Assembly (NCBI GenBank): GCA_024679065.1 | Contig: JAGIQG010000007.1 | Location: forward strand, 74,338,001-74,402,000 | Direction: 5' to 3' | Length of the DNA stretch: 64,000 nucleotides | Source of the DNA: Sphyrna mokarran | Lineage: Eukaryota | Position numbers and translations under genes: made by a program | Part shown: positions 51,964-64,000 of the stretch, in pieces | Layout of the letters: every line of letters begins with the position of its first letter | How positions within the stretch are numbered: position 1 is the stretch's first letter | Notes under the pieces: model-generated | The model's input: the letters and a program-made list of their open reading frames with translations, nothing else | Databases searched by the model: none | What the model was told of the DNA's origin: nothing

Positions 51964-53899
51964 CTTTGATTTCATAAACTTCTTTGATATCTGATCTAAC
52001 CATTGTCTACTCTTTATACCAATTTAGCTATCCAAGGCTTTCAACATAACAGGAAAAAAAAGTTGACATAGGGAATGAACTTAAAATATTCTTTGTTCAA
52101 TAAAAAAGCCCTTCTAAGCCTCTTAGTTTTCAAGAAGTCTTTAATATTGCTGTTTTTATTGTCATTGATTTCATTCTCTACAGGGAGTCTGTTTGGCTCT
52201 TCCAGACTTTTTGTAGTTCACATATAGTTCTCCCTACTTCAATAGTAATGGTTTGAATTATTTGAAATACAACTAGTTGTTTTTCATTTCTACAACTGGG
52301 TTTCTGATTTACATTTGGAATAAGCAGGTGATGAAGTAAAACTAGCTTTAGACACTCCTGAAATTGAAGGCTTATTAAACCTGTAGGGCAGTTGCTAAAT
52401 TAGTTCACTTCCAACAGACTTTTAGATCTTCTCTCATTTACACTTTAAGCTGCAACCTATCCTACCCTTTCCCCATATATCCCTTAGGCTTTTTGTTCAC
52501 CAAAATTAGTTGTGAAATTGAAATTAAGAATTATCTAACATCAATTGCCATTTGTGGAAGCAAATACCAGCTTTTGTATAAGTGTTGCCTAATTTTGCTC
52601 CTGAAAGATCTGGTTCTAATTGTTTATTTCTGTAATTTCTATCTACACTCTGTTACCTTTGTATCTTAACCTTCAGTCACATCATTCCTTGTATTTCCTG
52701 GCAGCTGTAGTTTGTGTAATACAGTATTCTGGTAAATTTGCATTGCACTCTCCAAGGTCAAGGTATAGTGGGAGAATTAAACTCTAAGCTAGATATGATC
52801 CAACTGGGGCCTTTATAGCTGAAATATGAATTTAATCCCTTCTGTTAGCCTCTAGGTACACAAGCAAGCATTCAATTAGCTTTAATTGTTTCTATCTGTT
52901 CATGACATTTTAATGATCTGCCTACCTGGACTCCTGAGTCTCTGGACCATTGATGTTTCAAGCGTTGCACTATTTAGAAAGTACCACATTCTATCCTTTT
53001 GCGTCCAAGTGGATGACCTCATTTGCTTGTCTTAAAATACATTTTTCATAGTTTTGCCCACTCACTTAACAATAACATGATATGCTTCCATCTACAATGT
53101 TTTGAGTATCATTAGCAAACTTAGATGTGTGGCTTTCTACCCCTTTAAGTAGTTAATAAATAAAGTGACTACTTAAGGCCACAATTACAGATTCTTACAG
53201 ATCAGCATTTGTCACATTCTACCAATTATTATAGATCTAACTATTGTTTCTATTCTCTATCCCTTGCTACTGAATATTTCCCTGGTTAAGAAATTTAGTT
53301 TGCCTTCACCCTAAGAGGCTATTAGAATTAATTTCCCTAAAAGCCTTCTGAAAATCTGTGCAAATAATATCAATAAACATTCCCCTATCCAATACTTGAG
53401 TCACTTGTGCAAAACAGTCAGATTCATCATGGAATGATCTGTTGTTTGCAAATCCATACATGACTCTCTGAACATCTGACTTCTAGATATTCCATCGCCA
53501 TATCCTTAACCATAGACGAGCAATTTCCCAGCAGATATTGGGTTAATAGATGTATAATTCCTTGCTTTTCCAAACCTGTGCCCAATCAGGGGAAATGGTG
53601 GTAATGTCACTGGACTAAATTCACAGGCCAGGCTCTTGGTCACTATTTCCAATCCTACCATGGTAGCTGTAGAAATTTAAATTGAGTTAGATTCATGGCC
53701 ATTATTACAGACTACTGTTGATTGTCAGAACAACCTATCTGGTTCTTTCATGTCTTTGAGGAAAGAAATTTGCTATCGTTGCATAGTCTATATCACTCCA
53801 AATCCACCACAATGTGGTAGGCTTTAAACTGCCCTGCAATCACTCCATTATGAGCATAATTGCTGGCCTTGCTAGCAAAGCCTACATTTGAAAACCATT

Positions 53900-55340
53900 G
53901 GTTCCTAGAATCTGGTTTCTGTCCCTACTGCAATATAGAACTGGCTTTTATCGAAATCACAGTTGATATTATGTAACTGTGAATAAGAAACTATCCCTCG
54001 TTCTTTCCCTGTCTGCAAACTTTGAAATGGGTGACATTATCTTCCTCCAACACCTTTCCACTGTTATCCAGTTGGGTGGAACTGCACTTGCCCTCTTCAG
54101 TCTAAACTTAGTAAGAAGTTTTACAACACCAGGTTAAAGTCCAACAGCTTTATTTGATAGAAAAGCCACTAGCTTTCAGAGCACTTGCTGTTTATGGATA
54201 TTGATCACCTGACGAAGCAGTGAGTACTCAACGCTAGTGGCTTTTGCTACCAAATAAACCTGTTGGACTTTAACCTGGTGATGTGAGACTTATTTTGTTT
54301 TCACCAGTCCAATGCTGGCATCTCCACATCACATCAAGTCTAATCATAGCCAGAGGGTCAATTTCATTGATTTTCCTTCCTGCTCCTGCACTGTTACTGC
54401 AGAGTATAAAACTATGTTGGATAATCTCAGATTCAACAGATGCTACCAGATCCAGCATTTTCTGTTTATTTCAGAATTGCAGCATTTTATTATTACCTTG
54501 AGTGGGCCAAGGGGCACCCCAGTCTCTCATCATGCCACTTGGTTATGATATCCAAAGAGTGTTATTTTTCACATTGATGCTGACAATCCCCAACTATGTG
54601 TCACTGCCATCCCTTGACACCTCAACTGTCTCTTTATTGTCAGATTACTTATCAAAAATCTGTATTGAATAATAGAGATTTCCTCACTTAATATTTGGAT
54701 GACAAAAGCTTTGTCCATGCCATGAAAGCTGTATTCTAGTCACCACCTCCATCTCTCATCCTGGGAACTATGTTGTGTTGAACCAAACTGCTGGCAAGCA
54801 TTTCATATTTGACCACAAGGAACTTACATCCATGTTACTCCCATTAATAAGACCATCTATTTTCAACTCTGACATTGCCTGACTTCATGTTGGTACAGAA
54901 GCTTTCGTTTGTGGCTTTGTTATTTCTAAACTTGACTATTCCAACATGCTGCTGGCTAGTTTCATGAACTCTGCTCTCCATAAACCAAGGTTATCCAAAA
55001 CTTCCAGTATCTTTGCCTCCACTAGCTCTGTTCATCCATTTGGAAGTCAGTGTAGGTCAATCAGTAGTACTTTAGTTTTAATTTTTGTTTTCAAATCCTT
55101 ACATGGCCTTGCCACCTCTCTGCTTATTGAATTTGAATGTTTTTCACCATCTGTAATTGTAATTGTGCCATCACTGTTGGCTGTCTAGGCCCTTTGCTCT
55201 GGAATTCCCTCAAAATCTCATCTTTCCTCTTTTAAGGTGCTCCTTAAATCCATCTCTTCGATCAAACTTTTGGTCATCTGCCTTATTACCTGTCTTTATG
55301 TATAACGCTACTTTGAAGTGCCTTGAAATATACATTAAAA
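53900..55340 (+). mobile_element. Decayed L2-type LINE, interrupted by Penelope-type elements
   Basis: LSANF..GD.(LSAAFDTVDH-like), DADNPQL (YADDTQL-like) and FVISKLDYSNMLLA motifs. Confidence 0.7.
54112..54336 (+). mobile_element. Penelope-type hairpin insertion with a hammerhead core (family A, second subfamily)
   Basis: Imperfect arms ~54112-54190 / 54215-54292; CAC-CTGACGA at 54206-54215; same tail as the 19410 copy; degraded TSD agtctaaacttag / agtctaatcatag. Confidence 0.8.
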
Positions 55341-55821
55341 ATACTGCATAAATACAGGTGTGATGGTGGTCTCCCTTTCATGCTGCCTTAATTAATGAAG
55401 TGACATGTCCATTCTAAAGGAATGGTTTCTGAATCAAGAACTTTGTAAATATCTTGACAATTTTCCAATGTTGCCTATTTTCCTTTTAAACAGTGAAGAT
55501 CACCTGTGTTTTGTTACTGTTTGACTTTTGTATGTCCATTAAATTCAATATTTATTGGCTGTCTTGCATTTTGTCCTCATGCTGTCCTTTTCCACATCAG
55601 TAAATACCAAAGTAAAGTTTATACCATTTTATTTTTGCACAGTTTCCAATAGATTTCAGACATCCAGTGTACTATTAGTATAAACTATATAATTAGATAA
55701 TACAAAACACTTTGCAAAATTTGTACTAGTTTAATGATACTTTGTTCTTTGCAAAACCCATACAATTATTGGCAGGAATCTTTTTATAAAAATCAAAAGG
55801 ATTGTTCTAATTTTCTTGCAG

Positions 55822-55953
55822 GAAAGAATTTGAGCCATTCCTTCCACCTTTGAAACCAGAATACTGTGTGAAAGAAGCAATGAGAGCCATCCTCACAGAC
55901 CAACCAATGATTTGTACACCTCGACTAATGTATACAGTAACATTCATGAAAAG
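55822..55953 (+). CDS. RDH10: RDH10 coding exon 4 (132 nt)
   Basis: [44 protein letters not shown]; gcag acceptor, GTAAGT donor. Confidence 0.97.
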
Positions 55954-56560
55954 GTAAGTAGGATAGATTAAAAAAATTATCCATCAGAGCAGAAAATTGT
56001 AAAGACTTGGAATATAACTAATTTATACACTTTAATTATGCAACATTTCAACAAATATTCCAGATGTACCAGTTTTTATTGTAGCCCTCCAGTTAGTGCT
56101 TGGTGAGGTAATGTATATGTCTTGGGGGCAGGTAAGATTCCTTTCCTAGAGTACAGTTGTGGCAAATAGTGATTCATTCCTGAGCACACTTGGCATAGAG
56201 ATGATGCCATGATGAACTGATTTAGAATACTAATGAATTATTATTGTGAAAGTCCCATAAGCAAAGTAGAAACAGTTGTGCCTAGATTTTCTGTTATCTT
56301 CTGTCTGGTCTTGCAACAGAAATGGTGTCCACTTGATGTATTGTCATTTCTGGCAGTAGCAGGTGCATTATTTACAACCTGTTTTATATGCACATAAATG
56401 TATTGTCATACACAAGTGTGTAAGCTGTTTGTTTCTGCTGGAGGTGCGTTGGCTAGTTGAAAGGTGAAAAGACTGCTAAGATTTCCACCTGGTTGGCATG
56501 TCCAGGATTGTCACATTACATTGCCAGCCTCTTGTATCCTCACAACAAATTCCTCCAATG

Positions 56561-56754
56561 CCAACATAGACACTGTAGATCTTGCACATCTGATTCCCTC
56601 GTCCCCTTGCTATTTGGATATCCCTACAGGATATCCCAGAGAACATGATTTTGCCTTTTTTTGCTGCCCCTACAAGGGCATCCCTGCTTTCCAACACTTG
56701 TCTCTGATCAGTACTGCCACCCCTCTTTCCCTTCTGTACTCTTTTCTGAACACT
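56561..56754. repeat. ~200-bp direct repeat, second copy at 59621-59824
   Basis: Long shared blocks such as atcttgcacatctgattccct, cctacaggatatcccaga, ctgatcagtactgccacccctct and cccttctgtactcttttctgaacact. Confidence 0.9.
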
Positions 56755-58347
56755 ATAGTTCTGATTTTGCCCTAACCATTATTACTTTACTGATGTGCCA
56801 GCTATACTGACATTGCATAACTGCCTAATTGTTGAGAGGTAGCCCCAATAATTAAAAAAAAATTGTTGATACTTGTCTCCAATTGATCATGAAAGTTCTC
56901 AACCCCCCCACCCCCAGAGGTCTTATGCATTCTGCAAGAATGTTTAGTCTGCTAACAAAAACAGCCCTTGGATCACTGGAGTCTTAAAAATCTGAGCTGC
57001 CAGGGCTGTAATACAGTTGGATATCCTCCAATGTACTATGCATGCTAATGACTGTTCTTTCTGAGCTGCCATCTGTAGCACATTCTGTACATGGAACAGT
57101 TTGATTCTGTGTAAGGGCTTTTGATAGCGTCACTGTACGCAAGGTTGTGAACAGATCTGTCCAGCTTGTATAAAGCACAGCTTCTTCCAACGCATTAATT
57201 GTAAACAATTTGAGCAAATTAACAATATGTGAGGGCATAGGAGGCCATTCTGCCTATTGAGTCCATGCCAGTTCCTGTAGACAATCCAGTCAATCCCACT
57301 CAACTGCTTGATCCCATCGCACTGCAAATTTATTTTGTTCAAATGTCTACCCAATTCCCTTTTGAAATCATTCTTTCTGCTTCCATCCCCATTTGTGGAT
57401 AATGATCCCAAATCATTACTGTTCGCTGGATAAACCTCACGTTTCCCCTGCATTTCTTGTCCAGAATCTTTAAATCTGTGTTCCCTCGTCTTTCTAATGG
57501 GAAGAGAGCATTTGGCACTTTCTGTCCATTCTGTTAGCCTATCTAGTGCTGTTGCAGGCAATTGCTGTTGTTTCCATTTTGTGCCACTCCTGAAGTTTGG
57601 TATCATCAGCAAACTTTTTAATTTTACTCTGTATTCCAAGATTGAAGTCATTTGTATATCCATATGGACAACATCCACTGCATTTCCTTTATCAGCCTTC
57701 TGTTTCATCAAAAAAATTCAACTAGATTAGCCAAGCATCTGACAAATTCACCTCCACACTTTCTTTTTAATTAACTTGAACATTGCCAATTACTGTTTCT
57801 GCTTTTTTTTTTCTCTCCCCTATTCCCATTATACTCCCCTACTCCCAATATAAAGTCCAAAACTTTACTCACCACTTATGGCAAACTAACCATCTCATAA
57901 TTACTAGGACCTTTCTGACACCTTTTCTTGAATAAGAGTGTCACACTTACCACTTTTTAATCTACTGTCACTTCCCCATTTATAAGGAAGATTGAAATAA
58001 TCCCTCCCAGTATCTCCACCCTCACTTCTTCAACCTGGGATGTAAATTTTTCAGGCCAGGAGACTTGCCTATTCTAAGCATTACTAGCCTTTTCTGGATC
58101 ACTCCTTTTTTCACACTATCTGCACTTAACCTATTTTATCATTCCTCTTCCTTAGTAAACATTCAAGCATTCTAGCCTTGGCCTCCAGCTGAGGCTTATA
58201 TTGACCTCTTTGTTTCTAATTGCACCCACCTCCCTTTCTCTCCGCTTCCTACTTACATATTGATGGAAGATTTTTGGGTTCCCTTTTTATGTTAACTGCC
58301 ATTTTACTTCCATCCACAAAATTAGCCCTCTTCCAATTTAGAAGTTC

Positions 58348-59370
58348 GAAGAACAAAACAGCACGGGAAACAGGCCCACCGGCCCAACGAGCCCGCGCCG
58401 CCACCCCGACGTTCCCATCTCCACCCACGATCCCTGTCCATGTTCATAGATCAGTGGATTTAAAAACCAAATTTGAGACAATTTAGGGAGAATTTGTTTT
58501 GCCAATTAGCCTAAGAGCACATCTTTGGAATGTGGGATGAAACCGGAGCACCTGGAGAAAACCCACACAAGCATGGGGAGAATGCGCAAACTCCCACAGA
58601 CACAGGCCCAAATCCATGTATCTGCACAGCACAGCGATAGTCACTGAGCTGTCATGTTGCCCATCAGAAGGTCCAGGTCAAGCGCGCACGAACAACGTGA
58701 AGCACTAGGATACTCAAAAGATCCAAGAGCAGTCCTCTCTCGACCCATCGCGTGTATGCCCCTCGTTAGACAACAAGGTGGACCAAAGTACCTGTAGGAT
58801 TAAAAACAAATACATCAATATTATCCATCATCTATTTACTCACTTTCCAGGAACTCCCAAGGCTCGTGATCCCTATTTTAAATCAGTTTTCTATACCCCT
58901 CCATTCCTATTCTGTTCATGTGCCCATTTAAGTATTTCTTAAATAACTCCAGAGTATCTGCCTCCACCACTTTACTTGGCAGCGCATTCCATACCCCCAC
59001 CACCCTCTGTGGGGAAAAAAACTCCCTCTAGCATCCAAATTATACCTTACCTCCTCACCCTAAGCCCGTGACCCCTCGTGCTATTTGAGTCCATCCTAGG
59101 AAAAAGCTTAACCCTGTTTACTCTATCAATCCTCTTCAAAATCTTGTACACCTCTATCAGATCTCCTCTAAGTCTACGTCTTTCTAAGGAAAACAGTCCC
59201 AATTTGCCTAATCTCTCCTCGTAACTCAGACCTTCCATACCAGGCAGCATCCTGGTAAACCTCCTCTGCACTCTCTTCAGAGTCTCCACGTCCTTCCGGT
59301 AGTAAGGTGACCAGAACTGGACGCAGTATTCCAAATAAGGTCTAACCAACGTTTTATACAACTGCAACAT
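58348..59370 (-). mobile_element. 5'-truncated CR1 LINE with a V-SINE-containing 3' UTR (copy 2)
   Basis: ORF 59047-59370 MLQLYKTLVRPYLEYCVQFWSP...; reverse-complement colinear with 26519-27493. Confidence 0.92.
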
Positions 59371-60737
59371 GTTCCATATCAGATTTTTCCTTGCTGTTCT
59401 CCAGTACTAATTTAAATCTTGTGATATGATCATCTACACAAATATTTCCTTACAAACACTATCTGTGGCCCACCTCACTTTCAGCATCAAATCCAGCAAT
59501 GTTTTCTTTCCAGTTGGGCTGAGAGCATAACAGATCAAGGAAGTTCACCTGAGCACAGTACTGAAATTCCTCCTTCAATCCTTTTATCCCAATCAGTATT
59601 TGGGTAATTAGTGAAGTCTTCCAACATGGCCACATTGTACATCTTGCACATCTGATTCCCTAGTTCTCTCACTATTTGGAGGCCTACAGGATATCCCAGA
59701 TAGCATGATTTTGCCTTTTCTTTTTTGCTGCCCCCTTCAAGGGCATCTCTGCTTTCCAACACTGTTGTCCCTGATCAGTACTGCCACCCCTCTTTTCTCC
59801 CTTCTGTACTCTTTTCTGAACACTCTTTATAGTGCATTAAGTACCTCTTCTCCATTTTAAGCCACACTTCCATTTTTTGCCATGATATTGTACTCCCATA
59901 CTTCTATTAGTGCATGTAGCTCACCATCCTTGTGTTTACATGTGTGCTTTGAATCCTGTACTTGCATTCCTTGTATTAGTCTGCTTGTATCTAATAGGGA
60001 GCTGCTCCCTTCTGTATTGTCTAGCTTTATGCACCTCATTTCTATTGCCATATGCTGGTACCCATCCCCTTGCTAATTTTGTTTAAGCACTCCACAATCA
60101 CATCTCCCCATAAAGACACTGGTCCCAGTCCTGTTGAGATGCAACACACCTCTTTGAATAGGCACCCTCAGTCCATGAATTAATCCCAAGAATCTGAAGT
60201 CTCCTCTCAACCATGCATTGATCCAGATTGTTGCTGCAGCAACAGACTCATCAGATTGGCTGAAGGATCACCTTAGGAAATCCCTCTAAAGTGGGACTTC
60301 CTTCCCAAGTGAGAACATAAATCCCACTTCATATTCATTTGTGTTCTGAAAAATTCAGGCCATGGTAATTTTGTATTTTTGTAGTTGAGGGCATCCATTT
60401 TTTTATACATGTTCCATCATTATCTGAAGAGGGAATGTTACTCATCATTAAGTAATCATATCCATCTTTGGAGGCAGTTTGCTTCTCAGTATCGTAATGG
60501 AGAGAACACAAAATTTCTTGTCCTGTTTGTAACTAGTTTGTACCTTCATTCCAGTGTTCCCCTTTGTCTAGAATTTTCTTTTTATCCATTTAGGATCCTA
60601 CATATTTAATCTGACCTAAGTCATTCTGTGTGCATGCTCAATCTGGATCATCTGGTATCTAGCCCAGCTATTGCATTTTTTATGCTTGAATAACTTAAAC
60701 AAAATCTCTAAAAATAAAACATTTTTTTCTATTTCAG

Positions 60738-60861
60738 CATTATGCCATGGGAAGCTGTCGTTTGTATGTACCGTTTTTTGGGAGCAGATAAGTGCATGTA
60801 TCCATTCATTGCTGAGCGAAAACAGGCTTTAAACAACAATGAAGCCAAAAATGAAATCTAG
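60738..60861 (+). CDS. RDH10: RDH10 last coding exon (124 nt including TAG)
   Basis: [40 protein letters not shown]; the five exons total 951 nt = 316 aa plus stop. Confidence 0.97.
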
Positions 60862-62896
60862 AACAAAACTGCTTGCTGCATCCAGCACTGGGGCCTCCTC
60901 ACAGAAGTGCATGCAATATTTGACTCATCAACATCTCCATACAATTCAGTGTTTGCAGTGACTATGTTTGAGTGATGCACTCTTGGCAAACAGCTGTGAA
61001 GCTTTAGCTTTCCATGATCACTGTGGATAAAACAGTTAATACTGTACCTGTGTATTGAACAAATCACAAGATAAATGTATTATGCCAATCTTTGTATAAT
61101 TTTTCTAGTGGTTAGACTTGCACACATTTTCATGCCAACTGAGCAAAGTAAGATACGATGTTTTTAACATTTGACTTTTACTCAGCAATGCAATTTGTGT
61201 TTGCTGTTAGAGCTGTATTTATGTGATATTCAATTAGAGATGTAGATAAGTGCAGTACTTTATAAAATTCCTGTTACTATAACTTTTTAAATAGTAAATG
61301 CACTGTAATTATTCACTTCTCCAACAGTCCACTGCAAGTACTTCTACAAATTTTAGAATTACTACTAATGGAATATTCAGTTATCTTCACTAAAATTCTG
61401 TAAATTTCTCCAAATGATCTTGCAGTTAAAAATTGCAGAACATGTGTTCTGTTCCAGAACAGAACACTGGAATACTTTTTTAGGAAAATCTCTCATTGGT
61501 GTGCCTTTTGAATCTAGTTTAAATGTTGTCCTATTTTCTGTGGATTAGTGGTCCATTTTTTTAAGCCTGAAATTTCTACCTCCTTTGTATATCTATTTGA
61601 ATAACACCTAAATTTGTTTATCAGAAGTTTTAAAAGTAATGTCTTTTGTGTATCTTTTGTGATCACTTTTAGATTAATATCTAGTCAGTTTTTTAAGTAA
61701 TATAGCTAATTGTAAAGAATTTTTAATTAAAATACCATTTAAGATGCAAAAGATGTGCGCAATTTTTATGATGCTTGGAGAAACAATATTTGAATTGGAA
61801 TGAGTCTCATCAACAGAAATCTCAGCCATACATAAGATAAAGCAAAATACAGCAGATGCTAGAATTTGAAACAAGCAGGGTATGCTAGACAATCTCAGCA
61901 TGTCTGACAGCATCTGTGGAGAGAGAATAGAGCCAATGTTTTCTGACGTTGTCTCAGCCATATATGCTAAGTGATCTATTGGTTATATTAGCTAGATTCC
62001 CTTGCATTATATAAATACATTTTTTGAGCATTGAGAACTTTGTACCATAATCCCTAAAATATACCACTGCAATTAATAACTGGTCATTTTCCATTTGATA
62101 ACCGCATTGAAAGAATTTGAAGTTTTTCTGATGCCCAGGGTCTATTGGGGTTACTGAAACTTTTTTTTTCTTCAATTCTTTTAAAATTACTCCTCCTATT
62201 AACATTTTCAATACGCAGCTTTCTCTTGATTTATTGCCTAGGATAATGTTCCAAGTTCACATCTGTCAGTTAGAAACTTCATAATCCCTGGCCATGTTTT
62301 TGTTGCATTGGGGAAATTATTTGCCTTGCCACCAATGATGCTGTCTAGTCTACGTAACCAATGAAGCTCACATTTTTAGGCAAGATACAGCCCAATCAAG
62401 AAATGGGTCTGGCACTCATACTATTTGGCTGCTATAATGAATTCATTTAGTTTGAAAATTTGTTACAATTAAATGCATTGACCGAGGCAACAAATTTATT
62501 TAATCTTTGGAACAACACTGATCATGTGGACAATATTAAACTATGAAAGAATGGGCCAGGGTAGATGGAAATAAGGATCTATAGATATATTGAATGTAGC
62601 AGATTGAGGGCAGGAGAAACTTTATATTCTTGGAATTCATTTCTAGGATTAGTAACTAAGGCACTCGGTATTTTTTCTCTCAAATTGAGTGGTTGGGCTG
62701 AAAATATTTATGTTGTAGCTTCTACGTATATGCCTTCAGGCTGGATAAGCTAAGACAAATCTACATGCTGTATTGTAACTTGCTCTTTTTTGAAAAAAGC
62801 AAGGTTTTTGTGATAACTTTTAAGCCTTTAAATTCAGCAAATGTAATTGTGGTACAAAAAGTTGGTTAGAGTACATCAGTTCAAATCTAAACTTCC

Positions 62897-62902
62897 AATA
62901 AA
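62897..62902 (+). terminator. Candidate RDH10 polyadenylation signal
   Basis: AATAAA about 2 kb after the stop codon, with T-rich downstream sequence; alternatives at 63189 and 63312. Confidence 0.3.
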
Positions 62903-64000
62903 CCTTTTATAGGTTTATATATAAATAGTAAATCTCTGGGTTATGTTCTTTACTGTCAAAGCTAATCTTTTGTCAAGATGCTAATGCTATACCAAAATGA
63001 ATTAGGAAAAAATGTCCAGGTTTTCTGATCTCCTTCGTTTTGATTAATGCTAATTTAATAAGCATTGCAGCAACTAAAGAACTAGAGACTGGAGTGAAAT
63101 TGATATATGCCAGTACAGAAACTTCTCACTTGAAGTTGTGGTTGCATTTTTGAAAATCATAACTAAGTGATTTGTGGATTCCCACAGGAATAAATACTAA
63201 AGCTAGGATCCTTGGGATATTTTTTGTCTGGGGGGAAAAAAACCACTGAACAAGTTGAAATACAATACCATATATATTCAACATGGCATTCTGAGCTAGA
63301 ATAACTTGCACAATAAATATATCATAAATACTGCATGAATTCCAATAGGGCCTGTTTCCTGTGCTGTTTTGTTCTTTATATGCTCCAATTTCTCGTACAA
63401 TCCCTTAAATTCGAGGCTGACTTGCTTTCGCTTAGGGCATTAAACTTAACAGCCATATTGAAACCCATTGAACCAATCCCCAGCCTCTGTCACATATGGG
63501 CAGGTATTATTTGGAGGACAAGTTGGAGGAGTTCAGAGGTTTTTGCACTCTCTGCACCTTAACTTGGCATCTGCATGTTCATGATAAAGTAATATTTTTC
63601 AGTGCCTTCCCAAATGAACCATCTCCCATTTCAGTTGGTGCCATGTGTTGATGTTGGTCTCCTTTTTAGGATATTTTGAGGACATCTCTTTGCTGGGCAT
63701 GTTAGCTTAGGGGATGGGGAGATTCTGCTGTTGCATAGCCTTTCTTATCAGTGAATTTGGAGGATGTTTGAGATGGCTGGTATCATGGCTTTTGTCTTTG
63801 AGATCCTCATATTCCTTTTACTACTTTTGTTTCTGAATTGAAGGTGCCATGTAACACCCTGCTGAGTTAATGTGTCAAAGAGCCAGGATCCTGGAGGTGG
63901 GGGTGGGAAGTAAAGGACTGTTTCCCTTTGGCTTTCCTTTGCTTCTCCTGGTGTTAGATATCTTTAGTAGTTAATGCCGTCATTGATTACCCTATTCACT

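Noticed and set aside
58795-58850. Intron-like GTGAGT...CAG segment in the chimeric LINE 3' UTR (minus strand)
   Set aside because: Only ~55 nt, short for a vertebrate intron, and both retrotransposed copies retain it.
1-64000. CRISPR arrays or prokaryotic operons
   Set aside because: The DNA is spliceosomal-intron vertebrate sequence with no regularly spaced repeat array; the other short ORFs are repeat-derived or random.

Overview
AT-rich vertebrate genomic DNA. The repeat content (V-SINE/HE1-type SINEs, DeuSINEs, CR1/L2/Rex1/RTE LINEs, Penelope-type hairpins) points to a shark or other cartilaginous fish. Two genes sit head-to-head on one CpG-rich promoter, with start codons at 9870 and 10313. 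RPL7 (minus strand) shows coding exons 1-5; the last coding exon was not found and probably lies left of the window. RDH10 (plus strand) has a complete 951-nt CDS encoding 316 aa in 5 coding exons, with a 33.7-kb first intron. Most interesting observations: (1) several families of short Penelope-type insertions carrying minimal hammerhead-ribozyme cores, three of them hairpins bounded by 12-13 bp target-site duplications; (2) RDH10 lacks both the first intron and the ~25-aa insertion of mammalian RDH10; (3) a chimeric CR1 LINE that carries a V-SINE in its 3' UTR, present as an inverted pair flanking RDH10 exons 2-4; (4) three NF-kB-type motifs within 200 bp; (5) a perfect 35-bp hairpin; (6) a probable decayed coiled-coil retrocopy. 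All calls are by eye; no database searches were run.
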